Source: a virus. Taken from it: 64,000 bases of DNA. The stretch is from IMG/VR virus record IMGVR_UViG_3300028800_000084, positions 7,286 through 71,285 of that record. One strand, written 5' to 3'. The position numbers and the translations under genes are program-made. The notes under the pieces were generated by a model. That model saw only the letters and a program-made list of their open reading frames with translations. It was not told the origin of the DNA and searched no databases. Positions 8,450 to 18,329 of this stretch are shown here, piece after piece; position 1 is the stretch's first letter; every line of letters starts with the position of its first letter.

Positions 8450-9620
8450 TGGTCGGGTTGGAGTAAGTTCCTGCGTTACCGGCTGAGAACTCGAAAGCTG
8501 CGCCCGCAAAACGAGACGAGCCGCAGCTAACGCCGAATTCCAACTCGAGATCTACTTCGGAAAGCGGGAACGTGGTGTTCCAGTCGGGTTTTTCCAGCAC
8601 CTTCACGCCCAAGCCGAACGACGGACGGTAGTTAACGGCAAGCGCGTTCTGCACGTTGCCCTGTGCACCGGGGCGGAACATCGTACCGTAGCCTTTCGGG
8701 ATTCGATAAGTCGCGTACAGCGAGATTTCGCCGTAACCGGAGTTGTAGACGCCGATGAAGCGCCCGCCGCTGGTCGGCGTGTAGCCGAACTGCCCTTCGA
8801 TGAAGTACTGGTTGCCAGTCGTCTGACCGCCTCGGTCAACCTGCGTGCTGCTGATGCGGATGGGCCGCTCGTAGTTGGTCAGGGCCAGGATGGTCTGCAC
8901 GTCAAACTCCGACACATACGCCTTGTACGTGCCGCCCAGACCGTGCTGCGAAATGTTCTGCGCAGTCAGGTCGAGCGCGTCGGCGTAGGTGTAGTTCGCC
9001 CCGGTGTTGGGGTTGTTGACCGTGCTATCGTAGGCGGTGTAGTGCTGGTGAGAAGCGGTGAACACCTGCCCGTTCCACTGCGGCGGCGCATACTGAAGCG
9101 TGCTTGACCCGTCGCACCAGCCCACATCGTAACCGGGTGTGGAACCGAGCGCGTTCTCGGTGTTGTTGAGCATTCGGGTCAGGAGCGCCTTGTCCCACAG
9201 GTTGCGCAACATCTGGTTGCCAGCGCGGACTTCGGCCAGGATGTACTCCGGGTCGGCGTCCTCCATCGCTCGCCAGTCGCCGCCGATGGCGTAGCTGTAC
9301 ACCTTGCGGTCAATCATGTGACCGACGATGTTGGCGCGTATCAGTTGCGGACGAGCGCCACCGGACACCACTTCCATATCGGGGATAGTGCCGCCGTTGG
9401 GATACACGATGTCAATCTTGGTGGTCGGGTAGAACGCGTCGCCCCACACCGTCACCATTTCTTCGTTGAAGTCCTGTGCGCCAGCGCCAATCATGGCGCG
9501 TAGCTGCTCATAGGTGATATTGCCCTTCAGTTGGACGAGGGCAAGGCGTCCGCCGTCCACACCAGCCGGGATAGGCTGATTGGCGGCGAGAACTCCGTGA
9601 AAAGCCTGTGCTAATGCCAT
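8442..9620 (-). CDS. Major capsid protein
   Basis: 392 aa, downstream of the protease/scaffold and decoration genes; strong SD AAGGAG. Call rests mainly on synteny and size. Confidence 0.75.
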   Translation of the reverse strand: MALAQAFHGVLAANQPIPAGVDGGRLALVQLKGNITYEQLRAMIGAGAQDFNEEMVTVWGDAFYPTTKIDIVYPNGGTIPDMEVVSGGARPQLIRANIVGHMIDRKVYSYAIGGDWRAMEDADPEYILAEVRAGNQMLRNLWDKALLTRMLNNTENALGSTPGYDVGWCDGSSTLQYAPPQWNGQVFTASHQHYTAYDSTVNNPNTGANYTYADALDLTAQNISQHGLGGTYKAYVSEFDVQTILALTNYERPIRISSTQVDRGGQTTGNQYFIEGQFGYTPTSGGRFIGVYNSGYGEISLYATYRIPKGYGTMFRPGAQGNVQNALAVNYRPSFGLGVKVLEKPDWNTTFPLSEVDLELEFGVSCGSSRFAGAAFEFSAGNAGTYSNPTIS

Positions 9621-9631
9621 TGATGTCTCCT

Positions 9632-10081
9632 TTACGCCGTGCTAGCCGGTGCTGATTGACCAGGACGGACGAAGAGAGAGTGCGGCGACTGCGCGTTGCC
9701 AACGATGAAGTCGTACACGCCGCCCGCTGGCGCTGCCGTGTCCAGACCGCCAGCCACGGTTTTCGAGACGTACAGCATTTGCCCATCCACGAAATCCACC
9801 GCGCCGATAAAGCCGAACACCGGGCCGGAGATGGTCACTGAACACCAGCCGTTCAGCCCGACGGAGGTTTCGCCGTACTGGTTTTGCAGGCCCGTGACGA
9901 TACCAAAAGCGTGGCCCGCTTTGGCCGATGACCCGATGGCCTGCTGAACCTGATCGTTGTCATCGAGATACACCACGTCGCCCAGATTGACGGTTCCGCC
10001 AGCTTGCTTATCCACGATAATCGAGCCGCGATCCCAGGTGGCACTAATGGTGTTGCGAGAGGTAATAGTGATTGCTGTCAT
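9632..10081 (-). CDS. Head decoration/cement protein
   Basis: AGGTVNLGDVVYL...GQMLYVSKTVAGGL Gly-rich beta motif; lies between scaffold and capsid. Confidence 0.7.
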   Translation of the reverse strand: MTAITITSRNTISATWDRGSIIVDKQAGGTVNLGDVVYLDDNDQVQQAIGSSAKAGHAFGIVTGLQNQYGETSVGLNGWCSVTISGPVFGFIGAVDFVDGQMLYVSKTVAGGLDTAAPAGGVYDFIVGNAQSPHSLFVRPGQSAPASTA

Positions 10082-10092
10082 TGACCTTCTCC

Positions 10093-11709
10093 TTAATGCG
10101 GCGCGACGAAGCCGCGCGCGCGCTGTGCAGCTTCGTCCGTATAACGCCCGGTCTTGGGGTCGTAGCCGTAGGACGCACCCGGTTGGCTCGTCTCACTGAC
10201 ACCGACCCGCGCTGCGCCGCCGGACAGGGCCACCTTGAGCATGGCTGCCTGCGGTTCGTACTTGGGCCACGCGGCGCTGGCTGCCGCTTCGATGTTTTCG
10301 AGCTTCTGACCACCGTCCATCGCCGCCATCTCTGCCACGATGTACATCTTGAAATTGTTCTGAGCAGAAGCCATCACCGGCTGATTTTCCGGGCGGCGAA
10401 CTTCCCAGGTAGCAAACGGACGAGCAGCGGCTGCGTTCATGGCGCTGTCGAACTCGCGCTGCTTAAACTCGGCGATAACGGCGCGGTCTTGTTCCCGTTC
10501 CTTCTTCTGTTCGGCAATCAGGCTTGCCATTTCCGCAACCTGCTTTGCCATCTCTGCGACTTGCTTGCTGTTGTCGGTCATCTCAGCGGCGGGGGTCGCT
10601 GCTGGCATGGTCTGTCCTCCAAATTCCTTGACGTAACATTCGCTGATGTGCTGGCGATGCCCCATAGGGAGCATCTCGTTCACGGCGCTCGGCTCCATCT
10701 CGCGGCAGCGCATTTCAGCGCAGTGCTGGCGCGTGGCGTCGGGCATCATCTCGTAGACAGCGCTCGGAGCCATCGTCTTGATATGGTCGGCGGCGATACT
10801 GTGCCGTTCCTCGGCTGTCATTTCCGTAACTGGCTTGTCGGCCATAGGTTCCTCTCTCATCTCACTGGTTGTCTCAAACTGACCGCCCAACGCTTCGAGC
10901 GCCGCACGCTCCATCGGGGCGAAGTCAATTACCTCAAGGTTCAATCCCCTCAGGTTTTTCGTGCCATCGGCGTTGCCCCCGAATTGACCCTTGCCCCAGA
11001 TGGAATTAGACAGCGTACTGCCCGCAGCTTTTCGCCGAATGACCATCTCATGAAAGGGCGTATTTCGGTATACAAAGGCTTTGCCAAAAAGCGTGTCGCC
11101 ATGCTGAGCCGCGCCGACCCAGATTGCCACGTCGTCGGGGAACTCCCACGATGAATTAGCTTCGCTGACATGCCCCTGCCGACCGGCTGGCTTTTTGGTG
11201 ATGACCTGTTCACGGATGTTGTCGAGCAGCGGTTGGTCGTACTTCAGGTTGTTGTCCGATACGGCGTTGAGTTTGCCTAGTGGTCGCACCACAAACAGCG
11301 GCTTCGGGTCAGGGACGCTCCCCGTCCCGTCGCAGTTAACGCAGCCTTTACCGCCGCAATCGGGGCAGGTCATGGCAATGAGGGCGTCGTAGTCCACGCC
11401 GGGGGCAATCGGCACATCGGGAACTGGCCCCTTGAAGGCAAAGGAGGGCGTAGACAGCCGGATTTCGTGAACGGGTTTCTCGTCGGGCTTTTTGCCGGAA
11501 TGAGATAGGCAATACTCGGCTTCCGCGCCGCTGTAGAACTTGTTAATGGCGGCGGCAATGCGCCCCTTGACGCCCGCCAGGTCGGCGTCAGGAATGTCGG
11601 CTTTGTTGCCCTCAAGACCCGTTGTCACTGCCTGCACTGCCGCATGTTCGGCGTCGTCAATCGGCAGTTTCTTCTCGCCCTTTTGCGGTTCGTAAGCAAA
11701 TTCAGTCAT
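10093..11709 (-). CDS. Prohead protease-scaffold fusion
   Basis: Core N..Y, GH, SIWG, IDF motifs like gp21-type proteases. C-terminal coiled coil with many (V/I/A)xE(M) motifs. Small DnaJ-like CxxCxGxG zinc insert. Confidence 0.7.
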   Translation of the reverse strand: MTEFAYEPQKGEKKLPIDDAEHAAVQAVTTGLEGNKADIPDADLAGVKGRIAAAINKFYSGAEAEYCLSHSGKKPDEKPVHEIRLSTPSFAFKGPVPDVPIAPGVDYDALIAMTCPDCGGKGCVNCDGTGSVPDPKPLFVVRPLGKLNAVSDNNLKYDQPLLDNIREQVITKKPAGRQGHVSEANSSWEFPDDVAIWVGAAQHGDTLFGKAFVYRNTPFHEMVIRRKAAGSTLSNSIWGKGQFGGNADGTKNLRGLNLEVIDFAPMERAALEALGGQFETTSEMREEPMADKPVTEMTAEERHSIAADHIKTMAPSAVYEMMPDATRQHCAEMRCREMEPSAVNEMLPMGHRQHISECYVKEFGGQTMPAATPAAEMTDNSKQVAEMAKQVAEMASLIAEQKKEREQDRAVIAEFKQREFDSAMNAAAARPFATWEVRRPENQPVMASAQNNFKMYIVAEMAAMDGGQKLENIEAAASAAWPKYEPQAAMLKVALSGGAARVGVSETSQPGASYGYDPKTGRYTDEAAQRARGFVAPH

Positions 11710-11711
11710 AG

Positions 11712-13196
11712 TTAACCGCCTGACCTGAAAAGTAAGTCGGTGAAGCGCTTCGAGAGCGGCCCCACAATATCCGTAACGGCCTTCTTTGATGCGCCTATTG
11801 CCTGCTCAACCAACTGGCGCAGCTTAATCACGACCGCTTTAGCGTCCGATACTTCGTTCCAGACTACCGAACAAAGACACCACGGGTGGAAAATCGGCAT
11901 GTGCGATGGGTCGGACTTGGGATACGGCCCGCCCGCCTGCTGTACGTCGCACTCGTCATATTCTTTGTGCGACGGCGACACCCTCGGAGAGTACGTTTCA
12001 ACGAACGGATTACCTTGCGCAGCCAACCAGTCGGCCCGATGACCTGCCGCCGCCGTCTCCGACACAGCTAACCGCATGGCCTCGTAGCCGCCTTTGCCTT
12101 CCACGAGGAACGCTTCTAGCCCACGCGCCATGTCTACCACTGGTAGACCCCGCGCAATCGCCCCGCTCAGGTAGGCATCGAGCTTGGCTCGCATATCACC
12201 GGCGGCGTTCCAGATGCGGTCGCTCAGCTTCTTGCCGTCCGACCCGACCCACAGATGCAGCGGGTCGTAGTCCATGCCGTCATCGTTCTCGTTGACCGCT
12301 GTTCCCGCGAACGGCGTCAGCGTGGCGAACTCGTACATTCGCCGTAGGTCATCCGGTAGGTACTTGCGCATCATGGCGGCGTGTCGTTCCACGGCAGCGG
12401 TGGCGGCAGAGCGCATCAGACCATACAGCGCCGCGAAGTAATCCGAACGAGGGATGATTGCGCCCTGCTGCACGACGTAGGGTTGCAGCGTGCCGTCCTG
12501 GTGTGGACGCCCTAGCATGGCATGGGTGACGAGGCGGGCAATGCCGTGCTGAACAACGGCTAACTGCGTAATCGGAATGAGGCCGTTAGAGGCGGCGTTC
12601 TGAGACAACAAATGAGACAAGTTTGCCACGAGCGGCGCGATAAACTGGTCGCGCAAGGTCGGTTCGACAGCACTTAGTACGTCAAGGCGGGCCATTTCAG
12701 GCGTGCGGCTCATCTCGTTGACCGACGCCGTGCGCTGGTAGCTAAAGCCGTCCTGTATGGCAAGATGCCGTACCGCCAAATCGCGGGCCTGCCGCTGCCA
12801 CTCGCGGTCAGAGAGGGCGCTGGTCGCCAGTTGTTTTTCGGACTGACTTACTGCGCTGTCGAACTGGCTAAGAACGAGCGCCGCCAACGGTTCGGACGGC
12901 GCGGGCATCTTGACGACGTAATCCACCGGCAAGCCCTTCTCCGTCACGCCGACCACGCGCATGGTCAGGCCGTAGCGGGCGGCGAGGGCCAGGTCTTCGC
13001 CACTGAAAGAAAGTCCCTGCGGGTGATTATGAATTAACTCGCCTCCGCAGGCCCGGTCTAGTTCCTGCGGCGTGAACGACACGCTGTTGCTGTCGCCCGT
13101 GCGCTCCACGATAAGGTTGCCGCGCAGGTCGAACAGGGCGGCGTGTTCCTGGGCATGGTCGGCGCGGATAGCCTGAGCGAAGTCGTTAATTGCCAC
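11712..13196 (-). CDS. MuF/gp7-like minor head protein with N-terminal JAB/MPN-like domain
   Basis: C-terminal LSDRIW...RLAVSET...HPWCLC MuF signature; N-terminal HNHP...SFSGED. Confidence 0.75.
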   Translation of the reverse strand: MAINDFAQAIRADHAQEHAALFDLRGNLIVERTGDSNSVSFTPQELDRACGGELIHNHPQGLSFSGEDLALAARYGLTMRVVGVTEKGLPVDYVVKMPAPSEPLAALVLSQFDSAVSQSEKQLATSALSDREWQRQARDLAVRHLAIQDGFSYQRTASVNEMSRTPEMARLDVLSAVEPTLRDQFIAPLVANLSHLLSQNAASNGLIPITQLAVVQHGIARLVTHAMLGRPHQDGTLQPYVVQQGAIIPRSDYFAALYGLMRSAATAAVERHAAMMRKYLPDDLRRMYEFATLTPFAGTAVNENDDGMDYDPLHLWVGSDGKKLSDRIWNAAGDMRAKLDAYLSGAIARGLPVVDMARGLEAFLVEGKGGYEAMRLAVSETAAAGHRADWLAAQGNPFVETYSPRVSPSHKEYDECDVQQAGGPYPKSDPSHMPIFHPWCLCSVVWNEVSDAKAVVIKLRQLVEQAIGASKKAVTDIVGPLSKRFTDLLFRSGG

Positions 13197-14928
13197 TGCT
13201 GCCCACCTCGCCCTGCCAGACCTGCGCACCGACTATGGACCAGGGATCGCCCACGTTGCTCGGATTGCCCTTCTGCTGGTTGAGCAGCACGGGCGCGGGG
13301 TAATCCGTCCAGAACGGCATCCCGTCGTTGTTGCTTGGATAGTCGGATGCTTTCGCCGCCTCAAGCCGCGCCTGCTTCAGTCGGGCGTCGTATTCGGCGT
13401 ACTGCGGTAGACGCTGCGGCGTGCCTTGCGCTCGCGCTGACGTGGCCGCCGGGTCATCAAAGTAGCCGGACAGGGCAATAACGTCCTCATCGGTAATCTT
13501 GCCGGTGGAGGACAGGAAGCTGCCCCACTGGTACTTGATGAGACTATCGCCCTGGTCGATGTCGGGCCATTCAATCTTGACCGGGCCGAGGACGATGGAC
13601 GGGTTGAGCAACTTATAAGTGCGCAGCCAAATATCAATCAGTTCCAGCAGCCCGCCCCGCGCCTCAATGCCGAGTGTCGGGTCAGCGCCCACGCCTTCGA
13701 GTAACAGGCGACGGAACTTGATGTACTGCGCAAAGGGAGGCTGCTGCGTCTCGGTGGACGCTTTCGAAGAACTAATCGCCCCGCCCCACACGTACTCCGG
13801 GATGCGCGTGTGGTTTAGTAGCAGGAGGAAAAGCTGCCTGATAACATCAAGACTGTCCTTCGTAAAGCCGACCGGCGGGGCGACCATTTTCACGTCGCCG
13901 CCCTTGCCAAGAATAATGGCGAGATTGCGGTCAAAGCGGAGCAGGTTGCGCGTCTGACTGTTGCCGTTTTCGTCCTGGTAGGTTTCCTGCGTGCTGTTCA
14001 GCGCCAGCGTTTCGGCGGGATTGTCCAAGCCGACGAAAGCGGGCGTCGGATTGCCGAGCATCTCCACGCCGTCGGTCGTCTTGTACATCAGGTTGTCGTA
14101 GCGGTACATAATCGGCAATGCCGCTTCGTACAGCACGTGTCCGTGAATTTCGTTAGGGCCACGTTCGTTGGCAAAATGAACCATCGGGATACGCCCTATC
14201 AAGTTCTCGTACACATCCACCACGTCGGCCCGTCCGTCGTAGTAGTGAACCGTGACGGTTCGCTCGGTGTCGGTGTACTCATCGGTGACGATGCTGCCGA
14301 TGTACTTGGTGCGGACGGTCACTTTCAGAATTTGCCGATAATCCGAGGCGCTGTAGGCCACATTGACCGTCTCCGGCGAAGCCACGCTGAACGTGCAGTC
14401 GGGGTTGATGAACACGTACTGGTCGCCAAGCGCGTAGCTATCCACTACGGTATTGATGAGGAAGCCCTGCTCTCGTTCCAGCATCCGGCGCAGTTGCATG
14501 TTGGTGTAGTCAATCGGGGAGCCGGTCACGGCGGTCGGCTTAGCGGGCTTGACGACCGCCGCCGCATGGAGCGCTTTGGTCGGCTTGCCGTCCTCGTGAA
14601 CGCTCTCGGTGTCCGTCGCCGTGCTTTCCACGAGCGCCGCCGAGATGCCGTCCCCGAAGGCGTAGCTGGCGATGGTCTGGCAGATGGGCGTGGCGAACAG
14701 GCCGCCGATTTCAAGCCCCGGCGCTTTGCCGCGCCGCAGGTTATCGTAAAAGACATAATCTACAAGCGAAGTGTCTTTACTAAGAAGAATTCTAGAAGCC
14801 CACATGGGCTTCACCATCGACCAAATACCAATAATTTCGGCTACGCGGCGCGGCGAGAGGGACTTAGCTATCCCCCTCGCTAGTTCCGCAACAGTGCGGC
14901 GTGGCGGCTTACCGGGAACGAGTGCCAT
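13186..14928 (-). CDS. Portal protein
   Basis: 580 aa at the head of the capsid module; IPMVHFANE, TRIPEYVWGG motifs typical of SPP1-like portals. Confidence 0.8.
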   Translation of the reverse strand: MALVPGKPPRRTVAELARGIAKSLSPRRVAEIIGIWSMVKPMWASRILLSKDTSLVDYVFYDNLRRGKAPGLEIGGLFATPICQTIASYAFGDGISAALVESTATDTESVHEDGKPTKALHAAAVVKPAKPTAVTGSPIDYTNMQLRRMLEREQGFLINTVVDSYALGDQYVFINPDCTFSVASPETVNVAYSASDYRQILKVTVRTKYIGSIVTDEYTDTERTVTVHYYDGRADVVDVYENLIGRIPMVHFANERGPNEIHGHVLYEAALPIMYRYDNLMYKTTDGVEMLGNPTPAFVGLDNPAETLALNSTQETYQDENGNSQTRNLLRFDRNLAIILGKGGDVKMVAPPVGFTKDSLDVIRQLFLLLLNHTRIPEYVWGGAISSSKASTETQQPPFAQYIKFRRLLLEGVGADPTLGIEARGGLLELIDIWLRTYKLLNPSIVLGPVKIEWPDIDQGDSLIKYQWGSFLSSTGKITDEDVIALSGYFDDPAATSARAQGTPQRLPQYAEYDARLKQARLEAAKASDYPSNNDGMPFWTDYPAPVLLNQQKGNPSNVGDPWSIVGAQVWQGEVGSSGN

Positions 14929-15297
14929 TTAGCTGTTCTGCATGACCAACGACACGCTCTGCACGAACTTACCGACGAACTCGCCGCTGGTAATCTTGTA
15001 CCACTTGGTGCCGCTCGGTGACTGCGCGGCGTCCAGCGTGACCGGCAGCACCGCGCCACGGGTCAGCTTGCCAACCACCTGAGCGTTATCAGCAGGCGAG
15101 GCGTACACGTCCACGCTGTCCCAATTGGTCGTGCCGTGCAGGATGGTGGTCGAGGCGGGCGCGGGTGCGACGTAAGGCGGCGGCGCGGAGACGATAGCGG
15201 CGTCCACGTCGGCAATAAGCGCCTGCAACTTATCCTTGAGGGTAACGAGCGCCTGAACAGCGCGGGGATGATAGGTGTTGGTCGGGTCGGGAGCCAT
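14929..15297 (-). CDS. SH3-like domain protein
   Basis: VYASP...VVGKLTRGAVLPV...WYKI...GKFV is a bacterial SH3 pattern. ATG follows AGGAG. Confidence 0.6.
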   Translation of the reverse strand: MAPDPTNTYHPRAVQALVTLKDKLQALIADVDAAIVSAPPPYVAPAPASTTILHGTTNWDSVDVYASPADNAQVVGKLTRGAVLPVTLDAAQSPSGTKWYKITSGEFVGKFVQSVSLVMQNS

Positions 15298-15315
15298 AGG
15301 GTAATCTCCTAAACG

Positions 15316-15347
15316 CAAAAACCTTCTGGTAGTAAGCCTAGAAGGTT
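15316..15347 (-). terminator. Intrinsic terminator upstream of the SH3/portal operon
   Basis: Minus strand AACCTTCTAG-loop-CCAGAAGGTT followed by TTTG. Confidence 0.55.
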
Positions 15348-15388
15348 GTTGTGTTATTCACAATGGCGCAATTGTTCGGACGAACGTT

Positions 15389-15622
15389 CTAGTCGAACGG
15401 CGGCGGCGTCCATTCCGACTTGACGACGATAAGTTTGCCGTCGCGCCGCTCCAAAACGCCCTGTCCTTCGAGGTAGGTCAGGTGAAAGTAGAGCGTGGTC
15501 TGGCCGATAGCGTAACCGTGTTTGTGCATCTCAGTCAGCAAATCGCGGAGTGAAGGGCTATTTCCCTTGTGTTCAGCGGCGTACTGGCACAGCACCTCGA
15601 AGATTTCGCTGCGGCGCGTCAC
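15389..15622 (-). CDS. LexA-type winged HTH DNA-binding protein (no protease domain)
   Basis: MTRRSEIF...GNSPSLRDL...TLYFHLTYLEGQGVLER matches the LexA N-terminal domain pattern. Confidence 0.75.
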   Translation of the reverse strand: MTRRSEIFEVLCQYAAEHKGNSPSLRDLLTEMHKHGYAIGQTTLYFHLTYLEGQGVLERRDGKLIVVKSEWTPPPFD

Positions 15623-15837
15623 GGCTGCTTTATTTCTTCATGGTCGTAGTTGTCTCTGATGTGCGCTCGAAAGAACGCACCGATGGACGTGGCCTCGCGG
15701 AGCCGCCGGTACATGTCCGGCTCGACGGCGCTGTACACGAACACGCGCTTGCCGCGGACGAATTCCACTTCGAGGGTGCGGTCGGTTTCGGAGTATCCGA
15801 TGGAGAGAATGTCTGTTGAATGTACGGGCGTTCGGTT
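15619..15837 (-). CDS. KTSC domain protein
   Basis: VHSTDILSIGYSETDRTLEVEF...Y.YSAV...SIGAFFRAHIRDNY. Confidence 0.9.
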   Translation of the reverse strand, partial: NRTPVHSTDILSIGYSETDRTLEVEFVRGKRVFVYSAVEPDMYRRLREATSIGAFFRAHIRDNYDHEEIKQP

Positions 15838-16120
15838 CACCACGTCCTCCGCGCCAGCGCCGCCTCAAGCCGTGCCACGAGTTCGCGCAGTTCGCGGCCA
15901 CGGGCGGCGTGCTCAGCTATCGATAGAAAGTCGCCGTGGTCGGTGAAGACCACAATACCGCCCGTTAGAACGTACCGCGTTGCCACGCTAACCGAGGCGA
16001 ACGAGAAGTTGCGGTCTGCTCCAACAAGCGTTACTTGTGTCCCCAGAGAGTTTACACTGAACGGGTCAGCAACAGCAGCGGCGACAGTTCCATCAGTGTC
16101 AAGCGCCATATAGAAGTGTG

Positions 16121-16876
16121 TCATCGCGTGTACTCCGGGCCGAACGGCGCGAACGGCCCGCACACGTCGGGCGAGAGCGGCTGTTCGCCCATGAACGGCA
16201 CAACATCGAACTTGACCGGATGAATGTCAGGCGGAAAGTTCACTTCCGGCGGTCCACCTGCCGTCACCTGAGCGTGACTTTGGTATTTTCGCATATTTCG
16301 CATAATTCCGGCGTCCCCAATCCAGGAATAATGGAATAAATGAATATCTGGCTCCGTCGGGCGTAGTACCCGATAATCAGGGTCAAGCGTATGTTCCGAA
16401 AGGTTGTGCCGCCCGAAAGACACGCCCTCATGCCGAAAACCTTGCACAACAATACCGCACCGGAGCCGCCAGCAGCGAGCTTGCCCGTCTGGATAGATGT
16501 CGCCACGGACATGCAGCCGGTCATGGGCGAACTCATGGCGCGGCAAGACAAGTAGCGTGGCCTCATTCTCTAACTTCTGGCACATCAGATTAGCCGCCGT
16601 TGGAAATAGGCACTCGTCACCGTCCACGCGGCACGCGGCGTCGTAACCCAACCGTTCGGCCTCGTTGAACACCTTTGTAGCGAAATCGCCCCAGTTGTAG
16701 CGCCATTCGTCCACGATAACGTGCGCACCGATAGATTGCATGTACTCCAAACTACCATCGGTCGTCTTGGGGTCAGTGATAGCCACGATGCCCGCAAAGC
16801 TGTCCTTGAATACCGGTAGGTGCAAGCGGAGGAACGGGAGTTCATTCGTGAACATGAGGACGAGTGCCAGTCTCAC
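16121..16876 (-). CDS. Glycosyltransferase (GT-A, GT2-like)
   Basis: NEL..L, TTDGS, VDGDE (DxD), HE and HY motifs. Confidence 0.8.
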   Translation of the reverse strand: MRLALVLMFTNELPFLRLHLPVFKDSFAGIVAITDPKTTDGSLEYMQSIGAHVIVDEWRYNWGDFATKVFNEAERLGYDAACRVDGDECLFPTAANLMCQKLENEATLLVLPRHEFAHDRLHVRGDIYPDGQARCWRLRCGIVVQGFRHEGVSFGRHNLSEHTLDPDYRVLRPTEPDIHLFHYSWIGDAGIMRNMRKYQSHAQVTAGGPPEVNFPPDIHPVKFDVVPFMGEQPLSPDVCGPFAPFGPEYTR

Positions 16877-17338
16877 TTCTTTGCCTCCCGCGCTTTCACG
16901 GCTTCCGGCAGCGCCCGCACAAGCGCGAAAAGAAGTCGCCCCGCCGCGCCGTCGTCAAGCACGCCGTAGCCGTCGTAGATTTTTATCATCACGTTGCCAG
17001 CCAGATGGGGCGGCGCAGTTAGCACGGACACCTTGAACGTCAGGTCGTCGGCAATCACGGTCGCCTCGCCGTACAGGGGTTTGTCAATTGCCATTGGGCT
17101 TGTCCAGTCCGTACCGCCTGTCCCAATCCGCCACGCACTCGCGCATCACGTCCAGCATTTCTCGCATCTCGTCACTGTTCGGGTTGGTGCCGTAACCGCC
17201 GCCATTGACGCATACGCCTTCCTTGACGACGGCGATAATCAGACCGCCCGGCTTCATGGTTCTGCCGGGAAACGCCTCGTTGTGTTCCTTCTGAACGAAC
17301 GCCAGCGGCGAAGGTTGCTTATCCCAATGTTCCATACT

Positions 17339-18046
17339 TCACTCCTTCTCTATTGCGACGAACGCGACCGTGAAATAATGCTCGTGCGGCAGCGTGCTAA
17401 TCTCGCGGTGCAGCACCTTGTACGGCGCGATGAGGGCGGAAAAGGTTTCCTCCGAGTAGACGCGATAAAAACTTCCGTCCGTCTCGCTGTAATCTTTTCC
17501 GCGCACAGGGTCATATTCGGTCGTCAGCAGCAGCAGCCCGCCGGGACGCAGGCACCGCATCATCTCGCGCATGGCGAGTGCGTCGTCGTGAACGTGTTCG
17601 ATAGTCGATATGCAGGTGATTTTGTCCAAATCATCGTCGGGGTACTGGATGGCCTGCAAATCCACTTTGTCTGTCCACAGCGTTACGTGCGGCAAGTACG
17701 AGGACAGTTCCTCGATGGTGTCACGCCACGCCTGCGGCGGCGGAACGTTGCGGGCGAAGTCGCGCTCTGCCCAATAAAAGTTGTCGGACGCCGTAATGAT
17801 ACTCACGTAGCGGCTGAGAAACAGCGGCCAGAAAGTTAGCCACGAGCCTACGTCCAGCACGTGGTCGGTGTTCTTGAAGTCGCCATAGCGGAGGCACATC
17901 TGACTGTCCCACGAGCGCCAACCCACCATGTAACCGGCTTCCAGCGCCCGTGAGTAGTCCGTCGGCGGCAGCGCGGCGAAGAAGGCCATCGTCTGCGCCA
18001 CGAAGTCGGCGTAGGGCAGCGCGGCGAGGTCGGCGGGCGTGGTCAT
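17339..18046 (-). CDS. Class I SAM-dependent methyltransferase
   Basis: VLDVGS, ITCISTIEHV, LRPGGLLLLT. Confidence 0.9.
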   Translation of the reverse strand: MTTPADLAALPYADFVAQTMAFFAALPPTDYSRALEAGYMVGWRSWDSQMCLRYGDFKNTDHVLDVGSWLTFWPLFLSRYVSIITASDNFYWAERDFARNVPPPQAWRDTIEELSSYLPHVTLWTDKVDLQAIQYPDDDLDKITCISTIEHVHDDALAMREMMRCLRPGGLLLLTTEYDPVRGKDYSETDGSFYRVYSEETFSALIAPYKVLHREISTLPHEHYFTVAFVAIEKE

Positions 18047-18329
18047 AGTGACATCCTGCCCGCGCCAGACCATCCCGATATGTCGAAGCCGTCCGGGAAC
18101 TGCTTGCGCAAGGCCCACATCAGGGCGTTCACGGTATCGTTGTTGTAAGGGTCAACCGTCAACCACAGGAAGCTGCGCGCCCCGACCACGGAGACGGGCG
18201 TCGGGGTGGCGGTCAGGAAGTCGATAACCGGTTGTCGAGGAAACACCGTCGCACTCATCAGGGTGATAGTCGCTTTGAGGGTTAGCGCCGCCTCGTTCTC
18301 GTCGTCGGCAATGTCGCGGTAGGTGGTAA

